Translations under genes and position numbers: made by a program
Notes under the pieces: generated by a model
The model's database searches: none
The model's input: only the letters and a program-made list of their open reading frames with translations
Told to the model about the DNA's origin: nothing
Shown here: piece after piece, positions 1-13,569 of the stretch
Layout of the letters: every line of letters starts with the position of its first letter
How positions within the stretch are numbered: position 1 is the first letter of the stretch
Assembly: GCA_002633005.1 (NCBI GenBank)
Contig: NMRA01000553.1
Location: 160,830 to 224,829, forward strand
Direction: 5' to 3'
Length of the DNA stretch: 64,000 bases
Origin: Phoronis australis
Taxonomy: Eukaryota > Animalia > Phoronida

Positions 1-35
1 TTCTAGCCACACCCCCCCACTTAAGACACACCCAC

Positions 36-275
36 CTCCTGTTTATACATCCAGGCATCAGCCTGCTCAGTGTCCCTGTAGAACAGCTGTAGATCCATAC
101 ACTGCTCGTACAGAATTCGTCGCTCCTCCCACAGCTCCAACAGAGACGACTTTTCCGTCGACAGGGTGACCAGGTGTTCGCGCACCTCGTCCGCAGCGTA
201 GTGGTCGCTGTCTACTAGAGCTTGACCGGCTTCGGCCGTCGCACAGAAGCTGTCCTCACGCGCATCGATTTCACC
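36..275 (-). CDS. SPTAN1: Alpha-spectrin coding exon 9 (GEIDAREDSF...WMYKQE); gene continues beyond the window
   Basis: 240 nt within ORF 21..326, YEQCMDLQLFYRDTEQ motif. Confidence 0.96.
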
Positions 276-601
276 CTGTTTAGAAAAACGAGACAGCACA
301 CTTTGAACACAGCTTAATAAATTCACACATAATCATTTCCTAAAATACCTCTCTCAGTCAAGGTGTACTTTTAACTAATAATCAAAAGCTGAGACCCTTA
401 ATTGGTGTGTTCCTCAAAAAAATTGAAAACACAACCAAAAACCATACCTGCACTGACACACAACTTGCCATCATATCCATGACCGTGTAATGGTAAGAAC
501 ATACAATTCAACAAAAGCTTTGAAAGTTCCTTCAACTGCAGAAATTAAATGGAAAGCGACAAGAAATAATGAGGACCACTTCTCAAACCTCCGCTATTTA
601 C

Positions 602-775
602 CTTATGTTCTTGGTGTCTCTCTAGTAAAGCCTCGGCCCCAGGTACGTCCTTGGCTAGCTCGTCAGCAGAAATGATGGATTTCATGTCGTTGATCCACGA
701 CACCAGATCACGGAAATCAGACAAGAAACGTTGCAACTTGTAAGAGTCGTCCAGGCGGGTTTTACGCTCAGCAGC
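602..775 (-). CDS. SPTAN1: Alpha-spectrin coding exon 8 (AAERKTRLDDSY...ERHQEHK)
   Basis: 174 nt within ORF 545..808, AG/GT bounded. Confidence 0.96.
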
Positions 776-920
776 CTGGAAATAACAGCCATTGATTTGA
801 GAACGCACACTAAGTTCACCAAATGTTCACACGCTGGTAGCAATAGGTTATGTAATGCAAAATGAAATCCACACTGCATCAAGTATTTTTAGTTAAAGGA
901 GATTGTAGCCTCGACTCAGT

Positions 921-1175
921 AAGTCTTACCTTGGTACTACTCACAGTCCAGCAGATCTTACCTTGGTACTCAGAACTTGCAAGTTGGTCTCACCTTGGTA
1001 CTCAAAGCCTGCAACTAGGTCTTACCTTGGTACTCAGTACCCACCAGATGTTACCTCGGTACTCAGAGCCTGCCACATGGTCTTACCTTGATACTCTGAC
1101 CCTACCATTTGGTCTTACCTTGGTACTCAAACCCTATCACTCGGTCTTACCTTGGTACTCAGACCCTGCCAGTTG
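921..1175 (-). repeat. 32-bp minisatellite (8 units) made of the spectrin exon 7/intron junction
   Basis: Plus-strand core TCTTACCTTGGTACTC recurs at spacings 32,32,32,29,32,32,32. Confidence 0.92.
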
Positions 1176-1267
1176 GTTTCAATCTCCTGCTGCTTGCTTT
1201 GTATCTCCTCACAACTCTCGGGGTGATTCTCACAAAGTCTCTGGGCCTCAGTACCCAGTGTGTTCAC
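1151..1267 (-). CDS. SPTAN1: Alpha-spectrin coding exon 7 (VNTLGTEAQRL...NWQGLSTK)
   Basis: 117 nt manual translation that fills the expected gap between flanking exons. Donor GTAAGA. Confidence 0.93.
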
Positions 1268-1739
1268 CTAACAAGGAAAACATTAAGTGTACTACTTGCA
1301 GTCATATAACAGCCTACTCATTATATTTCTGACCCTCCAGTAACTTTCCAAAATTTTAATTAACAAACAGGAAACTACATTAGCAGATTCGTACTCAAAA
1401 TTAACCATACATCAAAATCTCACCAATTGAGGACACAACACGGCGAACAAGTAAAATTTTATTATTTTCTCGATAAGTTGCGATAAAGTAATACTTTCTC
1501 AATTCCATGACCTGTACCATAACTGCTACCAGGCAATACTATGAAAAACAAGTGGGCACTCACCACACTTGAGGAAGTTGAAAAATGGCAAAAGGGCAAG
1601 TCTGACAATTGTTTGACCTGAAATTGGTGATATCCTATGGTATTTAAGTTATCAGGGAAGAAACAACAAAGATGAGAGCTAGTGATAACTGCTGGTTCCA
1701 TTGTTAGACAACAACTCTCATGAGTCTCTAACTACAGAC

Positions 1740-1976
1740 CTTCTCCTCAAGTGCCGCTAGGTCTCTTTCTACTCCATCGTGTTTCCTCTGCAGGGCCTGT
1801 ACACTAGGCAGATCGCGCCCGTAGTCGTCCGATGACAGCAGAACATCCTTCTCGTTGATCCAGGCGATCGTTTCATCCGCATCACGGTTGAAGTGTTGGA
1901 ACTCGTGGGCACCGTAGAGTCGCTCCTGGCGCAGCAGGGACAGCTGCTTCAGTCTCTGCCATGCCTCATTCAGTTC
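1740..1976 (-). CDS. SPTAN1: Alpha-spectrin coding exon 6 (ELNEAWQRL...DLAALEEK)
   Basis: 237 nt within ORF 1728..2018, AG/GT bounded. Confidence 0.95.
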
Positions 1977-2448
1977 CTGTAGCAGGGGGTAAAGTACCGG
2001 TGAGTTAAGACTAATCACAGCTTACCATGCCTAGCGACTTCACCTCAAAATGCCAGTAACAAAAGGAAAGGTTATACAATAGCAGCTAACAACAAGAATA
2101 CAAATCGGGGTCTAGTAGATAACACGAGAACTTAAAATATGGCGTTTCGTCCAGCATATAAGAATTTGCCAATTCACAAAACAGTGTGAACTCATGTGCT
2201 AGTGATCTAGCTTCAGAACACAAGGTATGTATTAAGAAAGTAATATGATATTCACAGTTGGATCCTATCATAGAAGCAGTGGAGCTCATACTTTGAGGCT
2301 GGAGAAGTCAATATGTCGAATTACTATGAAAGTAAAAACAGGACATAATATGAAAAATCAGAGACTACTAAGAAGGAAAAAAAAGCACGAATGAAGAGAT
2401 TCTTTGAGAAGAATGTGATTAAAGCAACCATTTACAAGTGTCACCTAC

Positions 2449-2553
2449 TTCTTGCCTCTGGCGGATGGTGGCGTCCTCTGGGTGACCATCTTCCACCAGA
2501 CGGTCAGCTTGTTGGTTGATGTCAGTTACTATATCCTCATGGTTCTGAAGATC
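2449..2553 (-). CDS. SPTAN1: Alpha-spectrin coding exon 5 (DLQNHEDIV...GHPEDATIRQRQE)
   Basis: 105 nt, AG/GT bounded, in frame. Confidence 0.93.
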
Positions 2554-2842
2554 CTAGAGGAGAAAGGCAGGCCATTGTATACAATAGTGACACAATGTGA
2601 ACACCAGGTGTCAGGGCACGACAGTTGGGGAATTCTGGGTAGCAACAACTACAGCGGAACAGCACGACGTAGAGTGCATTTCATTTCATTTTGGTTTTGA
2701 AGCACGTTTTACAAGCAAACACCTCACACTAAAGTTTCAGTCTGTCTGTTCGAAGGACTTGATACTACCTTGTAGCCTATGGAGCTCAGCCATAATGTAA
2801 AAATCTGTCGTGAAATAAAACCTTTACAAAAAATGGTCTTAC

Positions 2843-2926
2843 TTTGTTAAACTCGTCATATTTCTTCTGTAGCATTTCCACATGCTCAAGGTCCTGTCCA
2901 AACTCTTCTGAAGCGACAAACGCCTC
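2843..2926 (-). CDS. SPTAN1: Alpha-spectrin coding exon 4 (EAFVASEEFGQDLEHVEMLQKKYDEFNK)
   Basis: 84 nt, AG/GT bounded, GQDLEHVE motif. Confidence 0.95.
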
Positions 2927-3511
2927 CTGCAAAAGAATGTCATAACCAGTGACAGAACATCAACTAAACATGTTCACACAAACATTATTGTGAACTTCAA
3001 TCAAAAATTCCAGAGTGACCCTCCTGCAATTTACACACAATGCATATCAGAATATTGTTTTAACCTTTGGTGACCTCAACAGATGTGGAGCAGGCATGAT
3101 GTTAACAAACAATTCTACATCTTTAAATTGATGATTCCTAGAGATGAATACTATTCTTTAAGCTAGACATAGGGGTTATTTGATTGGTTTGGACTGTAAA
3201 CATGAAGAAGACACTGGATTTTGATGTGAATGTAAACCGCAACTGTAAGCGACACTGAGCAGTTTCCTAATATCCCTATAACTCGGAACATTTGGTTTAA
3301 CACAACGGTGAGTGTCGGATATTTCGATTTCATTTTGTGACGCGTCATAAAAATGGAGTCATCAAATACGGCAAATTAGCTCTTCTTATTCGGAATGGTC
3401 TTACTTTTGACTGAACAAACTCCCTTGTTTGATCAAGTAAGCCATTTATGCCAGCAATGTTCAATATAGTTCTAGCATACGACTACTACAATGACTGGTG
3501 GCAGCACCTAC

Positions 3512-3652
3512 CTTGTCTCTGATCCAGAACATGATCTCGTCGCAGCCTCTCAAGAACGTCTGCAGCTGTAGAGCCTGCTGGAGTCTCTGGCTCTTTTCAG
3601 CCAGTTTGGCCAACAGCAGCTCCCACAGTCGATGGAGTTCTTCCAGACGTAC
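3512..3652 (-). CDS. SPTAN1: Alpha-spectrin coding exon 3 (VRLEELHRLWELLL...FWIRDK)
   Basis: 141 nt, AG/GT bounded, collinear with alpha-spectrin. Confidence 0.95.
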
Positions 3653-4013
3653 CTAGATGGAGCAGATGGTAGAATGGCATTGAGCGTCACGCTTATATCA
3701 CAATTTTTGACGTTATTGACATCATCGTTTATACAGCGCATGCACAAAATAAGTAAATGCTAACCATAACTAAATCGCAGCTTTCATGCCACGATGGCAG
3801 ATTCCAGTTACAACAGAAAAGAGTGGCAATGCACAGTCATTGTCTAGAATACAGTTTCCACCTCGCAAACTATCCAGAAAATTCCGTCATAACTGGCAGC
3901 AATTTTTGACAGTGAATTTCACATGGGCTCATCAAGACGGAGACTTGCAGGTCATTTTGACCAATTATTTTTGGCAATTATTACATATGAGAACCCAAAG
4001 AAATAAATCTTAC

Positions 4014-4139
4014 TCTGATGGTCTCCGACATGAAATGCTCTCTGTTGATCATTTCCATGCCTGTGTTGTCAAGGACGACGATGGCATTGCTATGGGCAGC
4101 TACTTCAGCTTCAAATGCCTGATGCTTTTGAATTTTGGC
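4014..4139 (-). CDS. SPTAN1: Alpha-spectrin coding exon 2 (AKIQKHQAFEAEV...SETIR)
   Basis: Manual translation, 126 nt, AG/GT bounded, phase 0. Continues spectrin repeat 1. Confidence 0.95.
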
Positions 4140-4260
4140 CTGTAATAATATGAAGCATTGGAAAAATTAAAATACCACATTACCAGAGATTAAAAGAAAA
4201 ATAAAATCTGAAATTAAGCTTTATTTAGACAAAATGCTGCGTTGAACAAACATCCGAGGA

Positions 4261-5240
4261 GAAAAGTTTGTAATGTAATGAAAATTTGCACTTCAATGAA
4301 AAGTCTGCACTATAATGAAAAATCTGTACTATAATGAAAAATGTGCACTATAATAAAAATTCTACACCATAATAAAAACTATGCACTATAATAAAAAGTC
4401 TACACCATAATAAAAATTCTGCACTATAATGAAAAGTGTGCACTATAATGAAAAGCTTGCACTATTATAAAAAGTGCACTAAAATAAAAATTCTGCACTA
4501 TAATGAAAATTCTACACTATAATGAAAATTCTGCACTATAATGAAATTTGCACTATAATTAAAAGTTTGCACTATAATTTAAAGTTTGTACAATGATGAA
4601 AAGTCTGCAAAATAATGAAGTTTGCACTATAATTTTAAGTCTACACTATAATGAAAAGGCTGCACTATAATGAAAAGTTTGCACTATTATAACAAGTGCA
4701 CTATAACAAAAATTCTGCACTATAATGAAGTTTGCACTATACTGAAGTCTGCACTATAATAAAAATTCTGCACTATAATGAAATTCTGCACTATAATGAA
4801 GTTTGCACTAAAATTCAAAGTTTGCACTATAATGAAGTCTGCACTATTATAAAAAAGTCTGCACTATAATAAAAATTCTGCACTATAATGAAGTCTGCAC
4901 TATAATGAAGTTTGCACTATAATTCAAAGTTTGCACTACAATGAAAAGTCTGCACTATTATAAAATTGTCTGCACAAAAATAAAAATTCTGCACTATAAT
5001 GAAGTTTGCATTATAATGAAAATTCTGCACTATAATGAAATGTTTGCACTGTAACGAAAAGTCTGCACTAAAATGAAGTTTGCATTATAATGAAAATTCT
5101 GCACTATAATGAAACGCTTGCACTGAAACGAAAAGTCTGCAGTATAATGAAAAGTTTGCACTATAATGAAAAGTCTGCACTATAATGAAGTTTGCACTAT
5201 AATGAAAAGTTTGCACTATAATAAAAGTTTGAACTGTAAT
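4261..5240. repeat. 17-19 bp tandem satellite (TGCACTATAATGAAAAGTC-like), about 50 units, in a spectrin intron
   Basis: Directly visible periodicity. Confidence 0.96.
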
Positions 5241-5325
5241 AGTTAGCATTTAAACTTGCTTTATTATGCTGTTAACCAACAAGAGAATCTTTTAAACTAG
5301 GAAGATAATTCATCTGCCAGCTAAC

Positions 5326-5574
5326 CTGGAGATTGGTTGGATCGCGATAATTCTCGTCGAGGGCTGTCTGGAGTTTCTCGTTAATCCAACTCTCCAATTC
5401 ATCGGCATCACGCTTGAAGTACTGGAACTGCCGTGCGTCCTCCAGCATAGCACGCCGCTTCGAAACCGTCTGTTTGAAAGCATCGTAGCGAGTGAGCACC
5501 TGCTCGCGACGCTCCTGGATATCTTCGGCTGTCTCAAGGATCTTCACTTCGCGGGGACCTACGTCTGTCGTCAT
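5326..5574 (-). CDS. SPTAN1: Alpha-spectrin, first coding exon (MTTDVGPREVKILETAEDIQERR...DPTNLQ)
   Basis: Translation matches the alpha-spectrin N-terminus (KVLETAEDIQERR, DENYKDPTNLQ). Acceptor CAG just upstream (exon starts 5586), donor GTTAG after 5326. Confidence 0.96.
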
Positions 5575-7448
5575 TCTGATTTACAGCTGAAACAGAAAAT
5601 AAAAAGGTTAGTGAAAGGAAAAGGTGATCAGTGCGATGGACCCACATGCGTGGCCTGCGTATGTCTGGTATGTGTATCAGACCGCCTATAATTATTTTTT
5701 TTTTAAACGAGATGGACGTCATCTGAAAAGCAAGGAACTTTAGCTTGCAGGGGTCGAATGGGGTAGACTTAAATGGCTGTCTTTTAAAACAGCCGTGCCA
5801 TGTATTGAAATTCATTAAACCAGCAGATGGTGATCAGGTCTTCAGTGGACAGGCATTCAGCGCCACCTACAGATCCCATGTAATGCGATCACAGAGGATT
5901 CAACCTACTGGTTAAACAAAGTTTTAACACCTTTTCTGCTATTGCAATACTGTGTGGTGGGATGTATCAACGCCATCAATTGATGAGCAAGGAAGTGCTG
6001 TACTGTATATTTCCATCTGCAAAGACGTACCCGCAGCAAGTCAGAGGCTGCAGTTGATAAAGCAGCAGAACTTCGATCTCAGCAGGTATCGAAAAGCTAT
6101 AGGGAATTAATGACCTTAAACTAATCAAGCAACGGGAGAGGTTTACAGTAGAATTCAGTCCTCAAACTTGAACCAATATATAGTAATTCAACTATTGTCC
6201 ACCAAATCTTAGTCGGAATCAATCGCAAGTCACTTTTGTGCTCTCATTACGCTAGAGTGTCCCCCATTCTCCCTGATAACGGGAAAAGGGCAGAATAAGA
6301 TGTCTTTCACACTATTTAAAAAATTTACATATTTCATTTGTAGATAACATAATCTAATTCTTTTCTGTTTTAATTACCAAAGCGGTAGAATACAATCCAT
6401 CAAATTAAATTTGGCCACGTCAATCGATCAGCAATCATTTTCCCCTACACAGTTGTTAAAGTAGTTTTTTCTTACTAAAGGTTGTGCTATTGCTCTTCCG
6501 GTCTTTAGATATAACACAAGAGTTCAGCAAATTATCTGATAAAATAAGCTATGACCTTTGCTTACCACACATTATTGACTTAATGACAGACACTCAAAGT
6601 GACCACACAAGGATTCCCACTTTAAGACTAATTGCTAGACAAAGAAAATGTACCACAGCAGCAGCACTTGTCTGTTCAAATGCTTTTCTTTTCACAATTG
6701 AGAAATTGCTGCTATTATCGCCACTTACATGAACCTAACATTAGTTGCCAGACTGAGACACGGTCCACACAATATGTCTTCTGCCTATGTTGTCTGCTAC
6801 AGTTTTAGGTGAACAGACTCAGACCGAAGACAGCAAGAGATTGTGGAATGCTGTATAAGAAACTTGCCTAGAGAACGCATACACCAGAACTCCAGAAGCT
6901 AGTTCTCCAACAGACTACAAGATCGATGCATGTTTGCACAGCTAAAGCTGCTCTTCAAGTTATTGACATTCCTCTGCTGATAACCATATTCCTAGACAGG
7001 TCATGATGAGTCATGCATTAGTGATGCAGCTCAACACACCACACAGCAGTGTTCCACTCGGTTTAATTTCATACAGGCTGCCAGTCCTGCCACACTGTCT
7101 AACACAACCCTTTCACACAAAATTCAAGAAAATGAAGTAAGTGTCCTTCACACGCAATATGCGAACATTCTGCCATAGGCCACTGGCCAGCACAGAAACG
7201 TAGTGTTCAACTACGGTGAAATCTCACTAATGCAAGACACAGCATGGCCGACAAATGAAATTTTATTTTCTCATGTTCAGTTTAAGATACATATAGCACC
7301 ATATTAGTGGCTTTCCACATTCAATTTCTGCACCATAGCTACCATCTAGCAATGTTTTGAGCAATCGTGGACATTCAACAACATTAGGAACATCTGAAAA
7401 CTGGAAAAGGGAAATTTTATCAATTATTTTGGCCCATAACTGGTAACA

Positions 7449-10400
7449 TTTTGCTATACTATAATCATTTCATGCAGGTATGGGTGACCAAGACCGAAGA
7501 ATCCACATACCACTGTATACTTGCAAGTTAACATCAGAGGCACCACCCTGGAACACTTCACAGCACTCATCAACATTCCTCAATGAGTAGCCAACTGCAA
7601 TACCCATTTGTTGTCTAGGCAACAGACTGGTCTCCTAGCAACAATTCCAAGCAAAGCTCCAGAAATGATTGATAAAGTTAGTGGGAATGTTCGTCCACTA
7701 AAACCAATTTGATTTAGCATTTTGAACTATCGGTTTGGATGCCAGAATGTTCCTGTATTTGCAAGCTCAGATATATACAAACAGATTGGACAGAAGCAAG
7801 GATACATTTGTCTTGATATCTCTTGATTAACTGGGAGTAATCAATACTTACTTGTTTTGCTAAGCTCTAACTCATCTATTAATATCACTAATGCATCACA
7901 TTACTGTGTGTGTAATATGTAGCTTTGGGAGGGCCAGAGGCACAGCTAAGCAACATATATCCTTCCAGCCCATGTTTCAGTTCATTGAACAGCAAAACTG
8001 ATATGAAACAACGGAACTCTTCAGTGTTGAGAGAGCACAAAAACAACTTCTGTTAAAGCCACTTTTAAACTCCAGAGGTCAAGTATTTGTGAATGATGAA
8101 AAGCAATTTCTTTCATTCCTACCAGTCCCTAGCCATGTTGGATTTATTTACGTGAATCCTTTCAACAATGGTGACTTAAGAGAAGTGCCTAGTGAGTAGT
8201 GACACGGTGAGAAATTCCACTGCTTTAATTTTTCGCTCAAGTTCCATGTAAACTGTAGGTGACGTTCTATATTAGCACAAAAACATTCAAATTTCTAACT
8301 AATGATCACAAAGGACAATTTATTTCATTGCAATCAACATGACGATACACATTGCGCTCAGTAAAACATAAACGCTGAGCAGTAGACCATGCTCAACAAT
8401 ATGTATCACACTTTCCAACTAAAAACAATGTTCAAGACCAAGCACTGTAGAAAAGACTTTTAATAGTGAATTTTCTCAACCACAATAAATTTTTCATTTT
8501 TAGCCAAGTGGTTTGCACTGGGCAGCTGTCTTTGGATGACTTAGAGCAAGTACAGAAAAGCAGCAAGCTTCTGAAAACTTGAAGACTATCTACAGCATGC
8601 TATGACAGCAAAATCCATTTGAGATGTGCAGCTCACAATCACAACCAGATACCACTGTCCAATTCAGTACATCTCTAAACAGAACCCCCCCCCAACAGAC
8701 AGATACTGATGAGCAGAGCCGCAAGCCACTTACATGGGTCCCATTATTTAGTGCAGAAAACTAGCTTTCAAAGTGCAGAACCTTGGTATAAAGTGACCAT
8801 TACCAGCAGAGCTATGAGACAAGGTACAGCGTCTACAGGCTTTAAAAGTAATATCAGAGCTATCTCTAAGACAGTGTACAGACCCTCGGCTCCTCTAAGA
8901 TACTCTAAAGGTAATATCAGAGCTATCTCTGATACAGTGTACAGACCCTCCTCTATCTCTGAGACAGATTACTGACCCACCTCTAAGATACTCTGTAAGT
9001 ACTATCAGAGCTATCTCTGAGACAGCGTACAGACCCTCCTCTAAGCTACACTAAAGGTAATATCAGAGCTATCTCTGATACAGTGTACAGACCCTCCTCT
9101 ATCTCTGAGACAGAGTACTGACCCACCTCTAAGATACTCTGTAAGTACTATCACAGCTATCTCCGAGACAGGGTACAGACCACCTCTAGGATACTCAATC
9201 AGCACTCTACCCACCTCTAATGTACTCAATCAGCACTCTACCCACCTCTAATGTACTCAATCAGCACTCTACCCACCTCTAATGTACTCAATCAGCACCA
9301 GCAGAACTATGTAGGCAGCGTACAGAGCCAAATATGCACAAAGCAATAGCAGAAGAAAGAGCAGGAATAGATCGGGGTGATCCTCAAGGAAGGGACAACC
9401 AAGGAATCGCATCCACGAGATCACGGACAGTTAAACATGACGAGCATAAGGCTGTGTACGTAGAATGTAAACGTCGATCATCCTCATTTTGAATTCTCGT
9501 AGAAAAAAAATCAATAGCCGTCTAGATAACAGAAACGTTCTCTGAGAAGATGACTAAAAATGTTCACTTTCCAGCAAGACGCAGAGCAATTTGCTAATCA
9601 ATAACATCTTAAAGGCAACGTCATTATGGGTAGACTCATCGTTAAATGCCAGGCAGTTGTATGAATTAGTTGAGATTTTTACGTAAATTAAAATGCCATC
9701 CAGGAACAGGCACTCAAGTCCGAAGTGCAACAACTTTAAACATTTACACAGGAAGTCACTTATGGTACAAACAGCAACCAGTAAGCATTCAAACACCAGT
9801 CAATGCTGCAAGAAACACGTTAATTTTGCACTCACTGTTGCAGATGCANTTTTGCTATACTATAATCATTTCATGCAGGTATGGGTGACCAAGACCCAAG
9901 AATCCACATACCACTGTATACTTGCAAGTTAACATCAGAGGCACCACCCTGGAACACTTCACAGCACTCATCAACATTCCTCAATGAGTAGCCAACTGCA
10001 ATACCCATTTGTTTCCTAGGCAACAGACTGGTCTCCTAGCAACAATTCCAAGCAAAGCTCCAGAAATGATTGATAAAGTTTAATAGTGGGAATGTTCATC
10101 CACTAAAACCAATTTGATTTAGCATTTTGAACTATCGGTTTGGATGCCAGAATGTTCCTGTATTTGCAAGCTCAGATATACAAACAGATTGGACAGAAGC
10201 AAGGATGCATTTGTCTTGATATCTCTTGATTAACTGGGAGTAATCGATACTTACTTGTTTTGCTAAGCTCTAACTCATCTATTTATATCACTAATGCATC
10301 ACATTACTGTGTGTAATATGTAGCTTTGGGCCAGAGGCACAGCTAGGCAACATATCCTTCCAGCCCATGTTTCAGTTCATTGATCAGCAAAACTGATATG

Positions 10401-12162
10401 AAACAACGGAACTCTTCAGTGTTGAGAGAGCACAAAAACAACTTCTGTTAAAGCCACTTTTTAACTCCAGAGGTCAAGTATTTGTGAACGATGAAAAGCA
10501 ATTTCTTTCATTCCTACCAGCACCTAGCCATGTTGGACTTATTTACGTGAATCCTTTCAACAATGGTGACTTAAGACAAGTGCTTAGTGACACGGTGAGA
10601 AATTCCACTGCTTTAACTTTCCGCTCAAGTTCCATGTAAACTGTAGGTGACGTTCTATATTAGCACAAAAACATTCAAATTTCTAAACAATGATCACAAA
10701 GGACAATTTATTTCATTGCAATCAACATGACGATACACATTGTGCTCAGTAAAACATAAACACTGAGCAGTAGACCATGCTCAACAATATGTATAACATT
10801 TTCCAACTAAAAACAATGCCCAAGACCCAGCACGGTAGTAAAGACTTTTAATAATGAATTTTCTCAACCACAATAATTTTTTCATTTTTAGCCAAGTGGT
10901 TTGCACTGCGCAGCTGTCTTTGGATGACTTAGAGCAAGTACAGAAAAGCACCAAGATTTCTGAAAACTTGAAGAATTTCTACTGTGAGCTGTGACAGCAA
11001 AATCCATTTGAGATGTGCAGCTCCCAATCACAACCAGATACCACTGTCCAATTCAGTACATCTCTAAACAGAATCCCCCCTCCCAACAGACAGATACTGA
11101 TGAGCAGAGCCACAAGCCACTTACATGGGTCCCATTATTTAATGGAGAAAACTAGCTTTTAAAGTACAGAACCCGGGTATAAAGTGACCATTACCAGCAG
11201 AGCTATGAGACAAGGTACAGCGTCTACAGGCTTTATAAGTAATATCAGAGCTATCTCTAAGACAGTGTACAGACCCTCCTCTAAGATACTCTAAAGGTAA
11301 TATCAGAGCTATCTCTGAGACAGTGTACAGACCCTCCTCTAAGATATTCTAAAGGTAATCTCAGAGCTATCTCTGAAACAGTGTACAGACCCTCCTCTAA
11401 GATACTCTATATGTACTATCAGAGATATCTCTGAGACAGAGTACTGACCCACCTCTAAGATACTCTGTAAGTACTATCAGAGCTATCTCTGAGACAGCGT
11501 ACAGACCCTCCTCTAAGATACTTTATAAGTACTATCACAGCTATCTCTGAGACAGGGTACAGACCACCTCTAGGATACTCAATCAGCACTCTACCCACCT
11601 CTAATGTACTCAATCAGCACCAGCAGAACTATGTAGGCAGCGTACAGAGCCAAATATGCACAAAGCAATAGCAGAAGAAAGAGCAGGAATAGATCGGGGT
11701 GATCCTCAAGGAAGGGACAACCAAGGAATCGCATCCACGAGATCACGGACAGTTACACATGACGAGCATAACGCTGTGTACGTACAATGTAAACGTCGAT
11801 CATCCTCATTTTGAATTCTCGCAGAAAAAAATCAATAGCCGTCTAGATAAAAGAAACGTGCTCTGAGAAGATGACTAAAAATGTTCACTTTCCACCAAGA
11901 CGCAGAGCAATTTGCTAATCAATAACATCTTAAAGGCAACGTCATTATGGGTAGACTCATCGTTAAATGCCAGGCAGTTGTATGAATTAGTTGAGATTTT
12001 TACGTAAATTAAAATGCCATCCAGGAACAGGCACTCAAGTCTGAAGTGCAACAACTTTAAACATTTACACAGGAAGTCACTTATGGTACAAACAGCAACC
12101 AGTAAGCATTCAAACACCAGTCAATGCTGCAAGAAACACGTTAATTTTGCACTCACTGTTGC
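7449..12162. repeat. ~2.3-2.4 kb direct duplication (7449-9848 / 9850-12162) joined by one N; probable uncollapsed haplotypes
   Basis: Near-identical copies with scattered SNPs and indels. The junction is a single N at 9849. Confidence 0.85.
8850..9300. repeat. Compound minisatellite (~60-bp and ~30-bp units); second copy at ~11240-11620 with different unit numbers
   Basis: TCAGAGCTATCTCTGAGACAGTGTACAGACCCTCCTCTAAG and TACTCAATCAGCACTCTACCCACCTCTAATG units. Confidence 0.88.
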
Positions 12163-13569
12163 GCAAGCACATCAACCGGAATCATTCACTCACAGCAAGA
12201 AGTATGTTCCAGGGATTGTTTATAAATACAACTTAAATACTACCATGTACCCAAAGGCCAGTTATAATTTGCGGGACTAACCAATGAAATGCTACTGCCC
12301 TGTTTGGTATTATTTATCGATTGTCAGGTTCTCAAAATCAGGGACTACCAAAAACAACAATTATCAAAATTCTTGTTTTTTGCTAGATCCTTGGTCTTAG
12401 TTCTCATGATTTCTATTTTGGATAAGCGTAATGCAAAATCAACTCAAATGTAACGCTTAATCGAAAACCAGAGCCAATCAAATTTCTTTCTCCACCATAC
12501 AAACCTTTCAAAAATCACAGCAGAAAAATGAACCCAAAATTCGACCAAGCAATGGTGCTGCACAGCCAATCACTAAAATTCCAAAACAGCACATAGACTA
12601 ATACCTCACTTTCTAAATTGAATAATGTGTGTGTTTGATAAAGATTAGACTTCTATAATGTGATCAAGTCCAGGCCCAGGGCATAAAATAAACAAACTGC
12701 AGTTCAGCAACCATACATGCCAGCCTTTATTCACTTTGTAAGGCAAGTATGACTGCTGGATGTCATCACATTGAAATATAATCAGTTTTTATTTCCTGGA
12801 GGGGGCAGTAAAAATAGGAACACTTTGGGAAACTGAACGAAGGACTGCTAGAAGAAAAAGTTTGATTATGGAAGCTAAAGACATCGATGACCTCATAAAG
12901 TGTCCCTCTATGTGCAAAAAGGTACTTCTGACAATGTGACTTCGACGTTTTAATCAGTGTGAGGCATAATTCGTCTAAAAGTTTCAGGCATAGGAAGATC
13001 CTATAGAACCTATAGGAGCTTCACCGTCTTTACTGCAACCAGCTAGAGATGGTGGTCGCAGTCTACCCGAATGCCAGCCACCGGTAGGTTAAAAAATACA
13101 AATGGCAGAGTCACAGGAGAAAAGTAAAAGTCAAATTTTCGAGTGAATAAGTTCTTTCGAAGGGTCTGATTTCCATGCAGTTGTATTCCCTGTATTAATT
13201 CTTAAGATAAACGTGGTCATGCAATTGCAATTTTAATCATGCCAGTTACAGTTTGACGTTCAATTTGACTGTGATGTGTATGACGCATGATTCTGCACTT
13301 TCACTGTGCAGACATCCCACCCTGTTTAAAGGTAGCCAGCCAGCCAGCTAGCTGTATAAAGACTATTGTCAAAAGGCAGCTAAGTACCACCATGTGGTCA
13401 GCTCCGACAGACCTCGAAAGTGCACACAGCCTGGGTAATTCTGCTCGTCACCTAGTGAAACTAGTACCAAGTTGATAACATGGAGAGCTAAAGAGCAGTG
13501 ACTGTGCATGCAAAATCTTTGAGTGACTTAGCCAACACTGACCTTGCTCATTGCAGTCGTTTAAGTGAA

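Noticed and set aside
921-1175. CRISPR-like array (conserved repeat with variable spacers)
   Set aside because: Eukaryotic intron with no cas genes. The spacers are only ~12 nt and related to each other, and the unit derives from the spectrin exon junction.
862-1332. 156-aa plus-strand ORF
   Set aside because: Antisense to a spectrin exon and the minisatellite; the repetitive peptide is a by-product.
8706-8765. Hammerhead ribozyme core (CTGATGA...GAAA)
   Set aside because: No stem II closing onto GAAA and no stems I/III.
7449-12162. True tandem gene duplication with ORFs 9554-9796 and 11875-12117
   Set aside because: The single-N junction and allelic-level divergence point to uncollapsed haplotypes, and the ORFs have no recognisable motifs.
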